39,819 bases of DNA from a virus (Duplodnaviria; Caudoviricetes): IMG/VR virus record IMGVR_UViG_3300020045_022011, positions 1-39,819 of that record; one strand, 5' to 3'. Positions within the stretch are counted from its first letter, which is position 1, and each line of letters starts with the position of its first letter. This document shows positions 28,446 to 37,951 of the stretch, piece by piece. The notes below the pieces were generated by a model. It was not told the origin of the DNA and searched no databases. It saw only the letters and a program-made list of their open reading frames with translations. Both the position numbers and the translations under genes were made by a program.

Positions 28446-29357
28446 ATGAGAAAAGATGAATTATTACACTTTTGTATACAACATTTTGCAAAAGAAGTTG
28501 TATTACGTGGGGATTGGTTTATTTTTTCTTGTCCGTTTGCAAAATTACGTCATGTGCATAACTTTGACAGGAATCCTTCATTTGGAATAAATGTTAAATT
28601 TCCACATGGGTATAATTGTTTTTCATGTAACTCAAAAGGGCATAATTTATCTACATTGTATTATCAGTTGTACGGTAAAAGTTTAGTTGATGGCACTGCT
28701 GTACGATTTGAGTTACCACCATATGATATGAGAAAGGATGAGAAAAAAACGTTGTATTTTGATGACTTTTTAGCTACACTACCTGTAGCACACAATCACC
28801 CGTACCTTGTTACTCGTGGTATGGATGACGTAACTATACGAGAATTTGATGTGCGTTTTGACATGTCCCAAAATAGAATTTGTTTTCCAATTAAAAATAT
28901 ACATAACCAATGCATTGGTATCCAAGGGAGAAGTGTAGATGGTAACTTACCGAAGTATAAATTGTACCGACATCCCATTGCAAATAAATGCAATGCTGAT
29001 GTGTTATATGGAGAAAACTATATAAATTTTGATGAACCTTTACTCCTTGTAGAGGGAATTTTTGATCTCGTAAAAGTTTCCAAAATCTGGTACAATGTAG
29101 CATGTTTTTTTGGGGTAAATCCATCAAAAGGGATACTGGAAAAGTTAAAATATGCCTCTAAAATTTTAACATTTTTTGATATTGATGTTGCAGGAGGTAT
29201 TGCAACGGAATACCTGTACTCTACTCTTGGTACTCAAAAGGTTAAGGATATTAGACTTCCATACCTTCCATTTAAAGATCCTGGAGAAATGCCTCTTGAT
29301 ATTTTGAAGAGGCAAATAGTAACATCCATTAATTTGTATTCCTGGAGAAAAATATGA
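28446..29357 (+). CDS. DNA primase (CHC2 zinc finger + TOPRIM)
   Basis: CPFA..RH...DRNPSF...NCFSC, YLVTRG, RICFPI, LLVEGIFD, FFDIDVAG and KDPGE. Confidence 0.92.
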   Translation: MRKDELLHFCIQHFAKEVVLRGDWFIFSCPFAKLRHVHNFDRNPSFGINVKFPHGYNCFSCNSKGHNLSTLYYQLYGKSLVDGTAVRFELPPYDMRKDEKKTLYFDDFLATLPVAHNHPYLVTRGMDDVTIREFDVRFDMSQNRICFPIKNIHNQCIGIQGRSVDGNLPKYKLYRHPIANKCNADVLYGENYINFDEPLLLVEGIFDLVKVSKIWYNVACFFGVNPSKGILEKLKYASKILTFFDIDVAGGIATEYLYSTLGTQKVKDIRLPYLPFKDPGEMPLDILKRQIVTSINLYSWRKI

Positions 29358-30097
29358 ACTTATCAGGTGCAAGTTTTTTGAAACGTGGGAAAGATGCCGT
29401 TAATGAGTTGAAAAATCCAGTTTTAACTGGTAGTAGCGGTAGTGTAATGCGGTTTTTTCTAAAATATACAGGGAATATACAAAAAGATAGTGCGCTTATC
29501 ACATTTTTAGACGGCCCACTTGTTCCAAAGGAACAAACTGATGGAGAAATCGTTTTTGACGTTCCTGGAGCGTATGAGCATTCACAGCTTGTCGGAAAAG
29601 CTGTTCATTATTACGTGTGCACCTTAGAGAATGAAGGAGCATGCCCATGTTGTGATGACAGAATGAATAGATTCTATAATTTGTACTTTACAGTAATTGA
29701 CCATCGTAGGAATGTATCGTCTCAGGGTAAAGTGTATGAGAATAACAAACGTATTTTTTCTGTAAATCAAGCTACATTGGCACGATTGGTAACAATGCTT
29801 GAACGTGATTTGGACCCGATTTTAGGGATGTTTCGTATGCAAGTCACTGCATCAAAACTTGCTGCGAAATCCTCTCCTGTAGGGGATTTTTTTCGATATG
29901 TTAAATATGTTGACCTTTCTACTTTGGAAGAACAGGGAATTGATGTTAAGCCTTTAGATTTTAATGTAGTTTTGAATTATCGGAGTGTTGATGCATTGTA
30001 CAAGTTAGGTTTTGGTAAAGAGAAATTTCAAAACTCTGTAAACGGGGTAGGAGAACTATTACCTCTTGACGATACTGAGGATGACCTTGGGTTTTAG
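29354..30097 (+). CDS. single-stranded DNA-binding protein (gp32-like)
   Basis: RFFL..., EH...C......CPCC, YFTVIDHR and an acidic C-terminal tail (DDTEDDLGF); follows the primase. Confidence 0.7.
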   Translation: MNLSGASFLKRGKDAVNELKNPVLTGSSGSVMRFFLKYTGNIQKDSALITFLDGPLVPKEQTDGEIVFDVPGAYEHSQLVGKAVHYYVCTLENEGACPCCDDRMNRFYNLYFTVIDHRRNVSSQGKVYENNKRIFSVNQATLARLVTMLERDLDPILGMFRMQVTASKLAAKSSPVGDFFRYVKYVDLSTLEEQGIDVKPLDFNVVLNYRSVDALYKLGFGKEKFQNSVNGVGELLPLDDTEDDLGF

Positions 30098-30110
30098 AAA
30101 GTAGTGGAGT

Positions 30111-30392
30111 ATGCCATATATCATTCAAGTGTATCATAAAAGTGGTAAAAGTACTGTTAAAGTTTCTGAAAAGCGTGGTTTTTTGCATGGAGAGCTTATG
30201 CCTGTAGATTCACAAAACATGGTGCATCTTAGTTTGTCGCGTACTATTAATTTAGGGGATTACAATTCTATGAAAGTTGAAATTTCGGTAGACCAAGTAT
30301 ACGATCATGGAAAACTAGAACAAACATACAACACACTTTCTACGTGGTTAAGTTCTAAATTTGTTGATACTGTTAAAAGTATTGCACCTTAA
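30111..30392 (+). CDS. hypothetical protein
   Basis: 93 aa, GGAG RBS; the RTINLGDYNSMKVEISV motif recurs in phage replication modules. Confidence 0.65.
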   Translation: MPYIIQVYHKSGKSTVKVSEKRGFLHGELMPVDSQNMVHLSLSRTINLGDYNSMKVEISVDQVYDHGKLEQTYNTLSTWLSSKFVDTVKSIAP

Positions 30393-30432
30393 AAATGGAG
30401 GGTAAAATGCAAGTAGTGCATTTTTACACTAC

Positions 30433-31278
30433 TTGCATTACTTAATGGAACACGTAAAACAACTTCTCCATGAAACACTAGGTAGATTGTATGATAGTAG
30501 GGATAAAAAAATTATCCATGCTTCTGATATCACCAAAGATGATTTTTGCAGTAGAGAACACTATTTGTATTTTAAGTGTAATATTGATGCAGGTTTTGAA
30601 TTTGTTCCTACCGCCACACAAATTACTTGGCAATATGGGAGATACATTGAAGATATGGTACGTAATACATGGTTACGTAACTATGTAATTGGAGATTGGG
30701 AATGTTTAATTTGTGGTACTACTAATGTACAAAGTTTTTGTTATGAGAGGGATTATGTCTCCCGTTGTCACCATGTATTGTCGTATAAGGAACCAGTTTT
30801 TACCTTAAAAAATACTACCTTTTCAGGTTCAATCGACATGTTTTTATCAATTGAAGAACAAACTACAGCAATTGAAATTAAAACAATTGATAAAGATAGG
30901 TTTATTAAATTAAAATCTCCTGATGTTGAACACATTTTACGTTCACAATTGTACTTGTACCTTATTGAAAATTCAACACATGTGTATAAATCAGCAATAA
31001 ATACACAGTTTTTGAAAATTATTTACTTTAGTAAGTCGTTTGGTGTAAGAGACTCAAAAATTAAAAAATACAATCCAGACGACACTTTGTATTCACCTAT
31101 TAAAGAATTTATGATAACAAGAGATGACAATGCTATTGCACCTATTTTAGACAAAATTAGAAAATACCAAAAGAGTGTGGATACAGAAACTTTGCCAGAA
31201 CGTATTTGTGGAAATATTAGTGTTGAGAGAGCAAAGAAGTGTGCAGTGCGAGAATTGTGTTTTAAGGGAGTACTGTAA
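30433..31278 (+). CDS. Cas4-like / PD-(D/E)XK exonuclease
   Basis: HASD.....FCSRE, SGSID, IEIKT, QLYLY, and C-terminal C..........C.....C (1+3 Cys Fe-S arrangement); start codon uncertain. Confidence 0.85.
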   Translation: MHYLMEHVKQLLHETLGRLYDSRDKKIIHASDITKDDFCSREHYLYFKCNIDAGFEFVPTATQITWQYGRYIEDMVRNTWLRNYVIGDWECLICGTTNVQSFCYERDYVSRCHHVLSYKEPVFTLKNTTFSGSIDMFLSIEEQTTAIEIKTIDKDRFIKLKSPDVEHILRSQLYLYLIENSTHVYKSAINTQFLKIIYFSKSFGVRDSKIKKYNPDDTLYSPIKEFMITRDDNAIAPILDKIRKYQKSVDTETLPERICGNISVERAKKCAVRELCFKGVL

Positions 31279-31727
31279 TGTCAAAATTTTTTACAGGTGT
31301 GGATTGTTCAAAAATGTATCGGTGTTTCAGGTGTAGAGAGAGCATTCCTTTGGATACAAGTTTTTTTTATAAAGATAGTAGCACTTTGACAGGGTTTTCC
31401 TATACATGTAAAAAGTGTTCAACTATTCTGTCTAGGTCTAGAAAGTTTGAAAAGTCTCCAGAGTACTCTAAATATGTATCGTGGAATGCGAACATTACTA
31501 AAAAACACGGGCGTGTTGTCTTTTATAGTGCGTCTGAACTATTTGAATTTATGAAAAAACCGTGTTTGATGTGTGGTGGACTTTCTCGAACTTTTTTGAC
31601 AATTAAAGAAGATTTGGTACCTTTGTGTGGTTTATGTAAACATGGGATAAAAGTTTCTGGTAGTGTAGAAGGGTACCTTGACTATTGCAAAGAAATCTTG
31701 CAATATAGGTATAGGGGGGAAGCATGA
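31278..31727 (+). CDS. multi-CxxC zinc-binding protein, HNH-endonuclease-like (possibly degenerate)
   Basis: CFRC...F.KD.....G....CKKC and PCLMCG...LVPLCGLC; the catalytic DH motif is not evident. Confidence 0.55.
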   Translation: MSKFFTGVDCSKMYRCFRCRESIPLDTSFFYKDSSTLTGFSYTCKKCSTILSRSRKFEKSPEYSKYVSWNANITKKHGRVVFYSASELFEFMKKPCLMCGGLSRTFLTIKEDLVPLCGLCKHGIKVSGSVEGYLDYCKEILQYRYRGEA

Positions 31728-31840
31728 GTTTTCTTGCAGTTGTAGGGTTGCTCTACATTTTATGTTTAATTGTTTTCAATATAAAAACTCGAAATTGTAA
31801 AAATAAAAAGGGAAATTCATGGGGGTTTTTTATAAGTTAA
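31724..31840 (+). CDS. small single-TM protein (38 aa)
   Basis: ATGA overlap with the preceding stop, G-rich RBS, and a hydrophobic N-terminus followed by a basic tail. Confidence 0.45.
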   Translation: MSFLAVVGLLYILCLIVFNIKTRNCKNKKGNSWGFFIS

Positions 31841-32220
31841 GTGTTATACTTTTTCTATGTGTAGTGTATACTAGTGCAATTGCTCATGACAATTTTCATC
31901 AAATGGATTGGATTAAAAACTATACAGGTAAACGTGGTGCAAATTGTTGTGGGAAACAAGATTGTGTTCCTGCAAATATACGGGTGACTCATCAAACTGT
32001 TGACACACTTAATTTAGAAATTACTCGTAATGAAAAAACGTTTTCAATTGTGGGGTTTCCATCAAAAGGTTTTCATTTGTCTGAAGATGCCTACGATTAT
32101 TTTTGCTTTACTGTGGCGTTTACCGATGAATCTATGCAATACCTTCCTGAGAAATATCCGTGTGCAATTTCCCCAAATGAAGAATGTGTAAATTGTGTTT
32201 TTATTAGTGTAAAATTTTAA
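31819..32220 (+). CDS. exported Cys-rich small protein
   Basis: Signal peptide ending SAIA|HD; W....G...CCGKQDCVP...S.D....FC...C.....C..C.F. Confidence 0.7.
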   Translation: MGVFYKLSVILFLCVVYTSAIAHDNFHQMDWIKNYTGKRGANCCGKQDCVPANIRVTHQTVDTLNLEITRNEKTFSIVGFPSKGFHLSEDAYDYFCFTVAFTDESMQYLPEKYPCAISPNEECVNCVFISVKF

Positions 32221-32236
32221 TACAAGGCTAATTTGT

Positions 32237-32482
32237 ATGCTTTCTGTAAGGGCGTATCATGACTGTTATCTTTGTGCATCTGGTTGTTGTGGACATGTAT
32301 TGGAGATACGTAGAAATGGGGAAGTGATACATGATGAGGCTATTTTTATTCATAACGATAATTTTGAAGAAATTGAATTTTTGAAAAGGTTACTTATTGA
32401 TTCTGAATTTAACGTTCCTATTGGTGAAGAAATACAGTATAATGTAGATGATTCTGATATTAGAACGTACTCTCTTTGTTAA
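32237..32482 (+). CDS. hypothetical protein
   Basis: 81 aa with a CYLCASGCCGH motif. Confidence 0.6.
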   Translation: MLSVRAYHDCYLCASGCCGHVLEIRRNGEVIHDEAIFIHNDNFEEIEFLKRLLIDSEFNVPIGEEIQYNVDDSDIRTYSLC

Positions 32483-32504
32483 TTTAAAGAAAGACAAATA
32501 TTCT

Positions 32505-35500
32505 ATGTATACCCGTGATGAAGTTTATGCGCATAGTTTAGACTATTTTTCAAACGATGAATTAGCTGCTGAAGTGTTTGTTGATAAATACGCTTTACGT
32601 AATCAGCATGGAGAATATTTTGAACGTACTCCAGAAGATATGCATAAAAGGCTTGCAACTGAATTTTCACGAATAGAACAAAAATATATTAACCCATTGT
32701 CCTATGAAGAAATTTTAAACTACTTTAGAGAATGGGAGATTGTTCCCCAAGGGAGTATTTTAAACATTGTTGGAAATCCTTTTGTACAAGGTTCTCCTGC
32801 AAACTGTTCAGTAGTTCCTAGCCCAGTCGATTCATATTCTGGTATTCTGTACACAGACACACAACTTGCCTCGTTGTTTAAACGTAGGTATGGTGTTGGG
32901 GTGAGTTTGGATAATATACGCCCAGCAAATAGTCCAGTAAACAACCCAGCATTAACAAGTACAGGAGTTGTATCCTTTGCTCAACGGTACTCTAACACTA
33001 CAAGAGAAGTAGGTCAAAATGGGCGTAGGGGAGCGCTTATGCTTACATTAAGCGTGTACCATCCTGATATTATTGAATTTATAAAGGCTAAAGTTAATTT
33101 AGAAAAAATTACTGGTGCGAATATCTCAGTTAAATTGTATGATTCTTTTATGCGTGCAGTTGAAAAAGATGAAAATATTACCTTACATTGGCCTCTTGGT
33201 GATGTAGACAAAGCTCAAATTGTTAAACAAGTACGTGCTGTGGATATTTGGAATTTATTTATTGAATCAAATATTACAAGTGCAGAACCGGGCGCATTGT
33301 TTTGGGATACAATAACAAAGTATAGTTTATCAAATTGTTATGTTCCTGATGAGTGTGTGAATCCTTGTCAACCAGGATTTGCACCAGTTCTAACACCAGA
33401 TGGCATAAAGACATTAGATAGTTGTGATATTGGTAGTGTTATTTGGTCTACTGAGGGATGGACCACCATTGTAAATAAATGGTCAAATGGTGTAAAGAAG
33501 GTGTATAAGTATACTACAAATTCTGGTTCGTTTATTGGTACGGAAAATCATCTAATAATCGAAAATGATAAAAAAATAGAAGTAAAAAATGCAAAAAAAT
33601 TAAATACGTTAAAAGGCCCTATCTTTTGGACGAGTGAACAGGATGTAATTGATTTTTTCTGTGAAGGGGAACATACAAAGTTTTTTTATTCTAGAGATTT
33701 TTTTGAGTTGTGTCCAGATACGTTAGGGATTCAGCTCAATAATAGTTTGGAGTATATAATATATTTTTTAAAATTGTTGTACGATGATCATGGAGATGTT
33801 TCTAAAGAAGGAGTTTCGCTATATTCAAAACATGTGTTATTTTTAGAAAGAATACAACTTTTACTTAATAGCGTAGGTGTTTCTTCAGTTTTAGAAGAAT
33901 CTTACCCTTTAAGTGAATGGTATGTTTTAAGTATTTTTGAAGATGCATCTGTATTTGAAAAGTGTATAGGTTTTTATAAGGAAGATAAACAGCACCAATT
34001 GGAAAAATTTTTATTAAATGCAGTGTATAGTGGTATCGAATGCGATAGTCCAATTACGAAAATTAAATATCTAGGAGAGTTTGAAGTTTTTGACATTACA
34101 GTGTCTAATTCAACACATACGTATTGGACTGGTGGGATTAATGTTTCAAACTGTAGTGAATTGAGTTTACCAAGTTATGAGACTTGTAGACTTATTACAG
34201 TAAACCCATTTAAGTTTGTACAAAATCCATTTACAGAAAATGCAAATTTTGAATTTGAAAGGTTTGGAGAATGTGTATACGTTGCTCAACGTTTAATGGA
34301 TGATGTTGTAGATTTAGATATTGAATGCTTAGAACGCATTAAAGAAAAAATTGAAAATGACCCTGAAGAATGGAGTATTAAACAAATTGAATATGACACT
34401 ATTCTAAAATTTATAGACACTGCTAGAAAATATAGGCGTACGGGTCTTGGTACTTTAGCTTTGGCAGATGTATTCGCTTCAATGGGAATGGGGTATGCTT
34501 CTGAAGAATCTATACAGCTCTCTGATGCTATTATGCGTGTAAAAATGGAAAATGAATTTGCAAGTTCAATAGATATGGCTCTTGAACGTGGGCCTTTTGA
34601 AGGGTTTGATTCTTCACTTGAAGTCACTTCTCCATTATTTCAATTTTTTAAGGAAAAATTTCCAGATTTAGCCCAAAGAATGGAAAACTATGGACGCCGT
34701 AATATTTCAATTTCTACTATTGCTCCTACTGGCTCAATTGCAATAGAAGCACAAGTTTCCGCTGGTATGGATCCCGTGTATTATTTAGAGTTTATACGAC
34801 GTAAAAAACTTATGGGGGGTAACAAAAGTGAAGCAGATTATATTGACATTGTTGGAGATTGTTGGACAGAGCATACAATTGTCCATCCCCCATATGCGTA
34901 TATGTGTAATCTTGAACAACAGGGAGTTCAAACATTTCTAAAAAATCCTTACAATGGCAACACTGCGCATGATATTGACCCGTTTCAGAAACTAAAACTT
35001 CATGCTGTATTGCAGAAATACATTACCCATAGTATTTCTAATACATACAATTTACCAGAAAATACAAGCGTTGAAACAGTAAGTAGATTGTACTTCAAAG
35101 CATGGGGGATGGGTATTAAAGGTATTACAGTGTATGTTGAAGGTTCTAGAAGTGGAGTGTTGGTTTCAAATGCCACGTACAACAAGCAAAAGGGAATTCC
35201 CTTAAAAAGACCAGAAGTCTTACCTTGTGACATTCATGAATTTCTATTGCATACTGAAAATGACACCTTTGAGAAATGGCTAGCTTTTGTGGGCATGTGT
35301 AACAGGTCACCGTATGAATTGTTTATTGGTAAATTGGATAATATGAATTTGCCAGAAGGTATCCTTTCTTCTCAAATTCGTAAAATTAAATTAAATAATG
35401 TAAATTCTTATGTGCTAGAATGTCAACTTTTAAATGAAAAAAAGTATGTCTATGGGGATTTGTCGCGTTTATTTAATAGGGAGTTTTGGAATTATGCAAA

Positions 35501-35738
35501 ATTGGTAAGTGGTCTCTTGCGGCATAATATGCCATTGCAGTATATCATTCATACTATTGAAAATATGAAATTTGATACAGTAAGTTTACATACGTGGCAA
35601 GCTGGCATTGTTCGTGTGTTAAAATCATACATTCCAGATGGTGTTGTGTCAAAAAACACTTGTGCTACTTGCGGAAATCAGTTAATATTTATAGATGGTT
35701 GTTTGAGTTGTACATGTGGTTACAGTAAGTGTTCTTAG
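32505..35738 (+). CDS. nrdJ: class II (adenosylcobalamin-dependent) ribonucleotide reductase, intein-containing
   Basis: VFVDKYAL, ANCSV, GVGVSLDNIRP, GQNGRRGALM, ANISV, SAEPGALFWD, NP|C-SE, RRTGLG, IAPTGS, SISNTYNLP, KGITVY, and a C-terminal Zn ribbon. No beta-subunit gene is nearby. Likely ATG at 32505. Confidence 0.92.
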   Translation: MYTRDEVYAHSLDYFSNDELAAEVFVDKYALRNQHGEYFERTPEDMHKRLATEFSRIEQKYINPLSYEEILNYFREWEIVPQGSILNIVGNPFVQGSPANCSVVPSPVDSYSGILYTDTQLASLFKRRYGVGVSLDNIRPANSPVNNPALTSTGVVSFAQRYSNTTREVGQNGRRGALMLTLSVYHPDIIEFIKAKVNLEKITGANISVKLYDSFMRAVEKDENITLHWPLGDVDKAQIVKQVRAVDIWNLFIESNITSAEPGALFWDTITKYSLSNCYVPDECVNPCQPGFAPVLTPDGIKTLDSCDIGSVIWSTEGWTTIVNKWSNGVKKVYKYTTNSGSFIGTENHLIIENDKKIEVKNAKKLNTLKGPIFWTSEQDVIDFFCEGEHTKFFYSRDFFELCPDTLGIQLNNSLEYIIYFLKLLYDDHGDVSKEGVSLYSKHVLFLERIQLLLNSVGVSSVLEESYPLSEWYVLSIFEDASVFEKCIGFYKEDKQHQLEKFLLNAVYSGIECDSPITKIKYLGEFEVFDITVSNSTHTYWTGGINVSNCSELSLPSYETCRLITVNPFKFVQNPFTENANFEFERFGECVYVAQRLMDDVVDLDIECLERIKEKIENDPEEWSIKQIEYDTILKFIDTARKYRRTGLGTLALADVFASMGMGYASEESIQLSDAIMRVKMENEFASSIDMALERGPFEGFDSSLEVTSPLFQFFKEKFPDLAQRMENYGRRNISISTIAPTGSIAIEAQVSAGMDPVYYLEFIRRKKLMGGNKSEADYIDIVGDCWTEHTIVHPPYAYMCNLEQQGVQTFLKNPYNGNTAHDIDPFQKLKLHAVLQKYITHSISNTYNLPENTSVETVSRLYFKAWGMGIKGITVYVEGSRSGVLVSNATYNKQKGIPLKRPEVLPCDIHEFLLHTENDTFEKWLAFVGMCNRSPYELFIGKLDNMNLPEGILSSQIRKIKLNNVNSYVLECQLLNEKKYVYGDLSRLFNREFWNYAKLVSGLLRHNMPLQYIIHTIENMKFDTVSLHTWQAGIVRVLKSYIPDGVVSKNTCATCGNQLIFIDGCLSCTCGYSKCS
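33366..34151 (+). mobile_element. intein (262 aa) in the RNR active-site loop with a degenerate LAGLIDADG remnant
   Basis: Starts CQPGFAPVLTPDG after N-P; block B GTENH, block F VFDITV, block G GGINVSN followed by +1 Cys (C-S-E). The internal FLKLLYDDHGDV...S....LERIQLLLNSVGV resembles a decayed endonuclease. Confidence 0.93.
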
Positions 35739-35851
35739 GGAAAATAGTGCATACGAACTGTGTGCATTGTTAAAAGTAAAAATATTGAATGTTCTAAAGT
35801 ATACGTTGACTAGAGTTTATTTGTAGTAGAAGAGTAACGGAGGTAGTACGC

Positions 35852-36262
35852 ATGATAGAAGACTCCTATTTTTATTTTCAATTGGGTGATGTGAACGGTT
35901 ATGAGCATTGTATTGTTGAAAATGTACTATTGAAATGCAGTATCTCCTGTGATGGCTTTAAACGTTTATTTACACAAATGGAAAAAAAGTTAGGTTACAA
36001 TTTTCTAACTTTTTGTAATGGTGAAGGGGATAATAAAGTTCCTGAAATATTGTTAGAAAAACTTTTAGAAATATATAAGGAAGATGAATTAACTACACGA
36101 TATTTCGACCGTGGTATGTCTGGAGAGTTATACATACATGAATCTGTTGACTTTGTAATATTGTGTTGTGACCTTATACAGCATTATTTCCAAAATTTTA
36201 CGTATGAGATTATTGGCTTTCCTACTTTTCAAATTCAGGCGTGTTGTGGGATGTTTGACTGA
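35852..36262 (+). CDS. hypothetical protein
   Basis: 136 aa, GGAGGT RBS. Confidence 0.7.
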   Translation: MIEDSYFYFQLGDVNGYEHCIVENVLLKCSISCDGFKRLFTQMEKKLGYNFLTFCNGEGDNKVPEILLEKLLEIYKEDELTTRYFDRGMSGELYIHESVDFVILCCDLIQHYFQNFTYEIIGFPTFQIQACCGMFD

Positions 36263-36297
36263 AGTTTAACGTGTATACTTTTTAAAGGATTGTGTAA

Positions 36298-36474
36298 ATG
36301 GAGATGGTGAGAAAGATTGTTGAAGTTGAAACTTTTGTATGTTCCTTTACCCGTGACGAGTTAAAGAGCGCGTGTGAGTTTTTGCGTGAGCACACGGTAA
36401 CCCCGTATGGTATGGGTTTTTGTACTCAATTTTATGAAGTTGCAGTCGAACATTTAAAAAAATATTATCCTTAA
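36298..36474 (+). CDS. small hypothetical protein (58 aa)
   Basis: AAGGA RBS; MEMVRKIVEVETF...KKYYP*; below the ORF-track cut-off. Confidence 0.5.
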   Translation: MEMVRKIVEVETFVCSFTRDELKSACEFLREHTVTPYGMGFCTQFYEVAVEHLKKYYP

Positions 36475-36567
36475 AGAAAGTAAACGTTTTGGTGATCAGG
36501 TTTTTCTGTGATCTGCCTGGTCACTACAGAGTTACTTCGACAATAATTTAGATTGGAGAAATAGTAT

Positions 36568-37119
36568 ATGCGTGAATTTTTAGAAAAATATAGCGTTTTA
36601 GCACATAAAACTTCGAGATTTAACAAAAATGAAATTGGGTATATCCCAGATATGCACTTGCTAATGTGTACATTGGGTATTATTGGGGAGTATGGTGAAT
36701 TTATTACTGCTCTTTATTGTCCTCCTGAAAAAGATGACTACTTACAGGGTATTCTTTCGGAATCAGGTGATGTGGTATGGTATATCTCTGAATTGGCAAA
36801 TTGGGCGGATTGTAGTTTGTACTCATGGTATGAGCAATCTCTATTGGTAGAAAAACCTAAGATATTTGACCGTTCGTTTTTTGCTGAATCAGTAAAAAAA
36901 TATGTGTTCCATAATAAAAACCATACACGTTCATTTTTAGAAATGATTCCCTGTTTACTAAAACAAATAATAGATACTATGTATGTAAATTCAAACGTAT
37001 TTACATTAACACGTATTTGCATGTACAATATCGAAAAATTGCAATCGCGTTATGGTGATAAGTTTGATGGAGATAAAAGTTTGAACCGAGTAGAGTATAA
37101 ATTGGACATAGCGCAGTAA
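36568..37119 (+). CDS. MazG-like nucleotide pyrophosphohydrolase
   Basis: LGIIGEYGE, ESGDVVWYI, VKKYVFH and NIEKLQSRY. Confidence 0.8.
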   Translation: MREFLEKYSVLAHKTSRFNKNEIGYIPDMHLLMCTLGIIGEYGEFITALYCPPEKDDYLQGILSESGDVVWYISELANWADCSLYSWYEQSLLVEKPKIFDRSFFAESVKKYVFHNKNHTRSFLEMIPCLLKQIIDTMYVNSNVFTLTRICMYNIEKLQSRYGDKFDGDKSLNRVEYKLDIAQ

Positions 37120-37202
37120 TGCGGGGTGTATGAGCAGAAGCTATTTGTAAAGATTTATGTTAGACTTTAAAAAATACTTCTTTAGAAACATTAGGAGAAT
37201 TT

Positions 37203-37394
37203 ATGGAAAATAAACTTCAATACAAAAATAAAGCACTTTGTAAAAAGTGTCATGTTATTATTGAAAGTAAACATCAACACGACTTTCAATGGTGTAAATG
37301 CCAAACAATTTTTGTAGATGGAGGAAATACTTACTGGCGTTGTGGTGGAAATATAGAATTTTTTGAACGTATATACGAGGAAATTTTACCATGA
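37203..37394 (+). CDS. small zinc-binding phage protein
   Basis: NKALCKKCHVIIESKHQHDFQWCKC..IFVDGG matches a widespread small phage family; AGGAG RBS. Confidence 0.75.
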   Translation: MENKLQYKNKALCKKCHVIIESKHQHDFQWCKCQTIFVDGGNTYWRCGGNIEFFERIYEEILP

Positions 37395-37951
37395 TATTTG
37401 GTGGATTGGATATAAGTACAAAAACAGGATTGTGTATTTTGGGAGATATTGAAAATGATTCACCGAATGTACTTTTTGCAAAAGAAATTCCGCCAGTGTA
37501 TTATCCGAAATTTGAATATAAAGATTTAAAACGTGCTATTTCTATAGCGCAATACCTTTCAAGTAGATTAGATGATTTGGAGCAATACCCTGACATTTTT
37601 TTAATTGAAAATTATGCCTACGGTAATCACTATACTCTAGCAACATTGGTTGAAATAACAACCTTAGTAAAAAACGCACTGTATGAGTTTAATATACCAT
37701 TTTTATGTATTGCTCCTACAGCATTGAAAAAATTTATTACAGGTTCAGGTGCAGCGGAAAAACATCAAATGAAAAAGATGTGCAATTTGAAATACGGTTT
37801 TACCCATGAAAGTGATAACGTAGTTGATGCATATTGCTTAGCAAGGACACTGGTGGATATCTACAAAGGGACAAATGTTAATGATCTTAACAGTGAACGT
37901 GTAAAATTTCTTATTAAAAATAGGTATTTGAATATGGATAGGAATCTTTAA
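37391..37951 (+). CDS. ruvC: RuvC-like Holliday junction resolvase
   Basis: GLDISTKTG, LIENYAY, PTALKKFITGSG.A.K and DNVVDAY.LA. Confidence 0.9.
   Translation: MIFGGLDISTKTGLCILGDIENDSPNVLFAKEIPPVYYPKFEYKDLKRAISIAQYLSSRLDDLEQYPDIFLIENYAYGNHYTLATLVEITTLVKNALYEFNIPFLCIAPTALKKFITGSGAAEKHQMKKMCNLKYGFTHESDNVVDAYCLARTLVDIYKGTNVNDLNSERVKFLIKNRYLNMDRNL

Noticed and set aside
30433-31278. CRISPR-Cas system suggested by the Cas4-like gene
   Set aside because: No other cas genes or array; solo Cas4-like exonucleases are routine in phage replication modules
35806-35835. Promoter starting TTGACT after nrdJ
   Set aside because: No acceptable -10 box at 16-18 bp spacing
36492-36524. Hairpin GTGATCAGG...CCTGGTCAC as a terminator
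   Set aside because: 15-nt loop and no following U-tract; function unsupported
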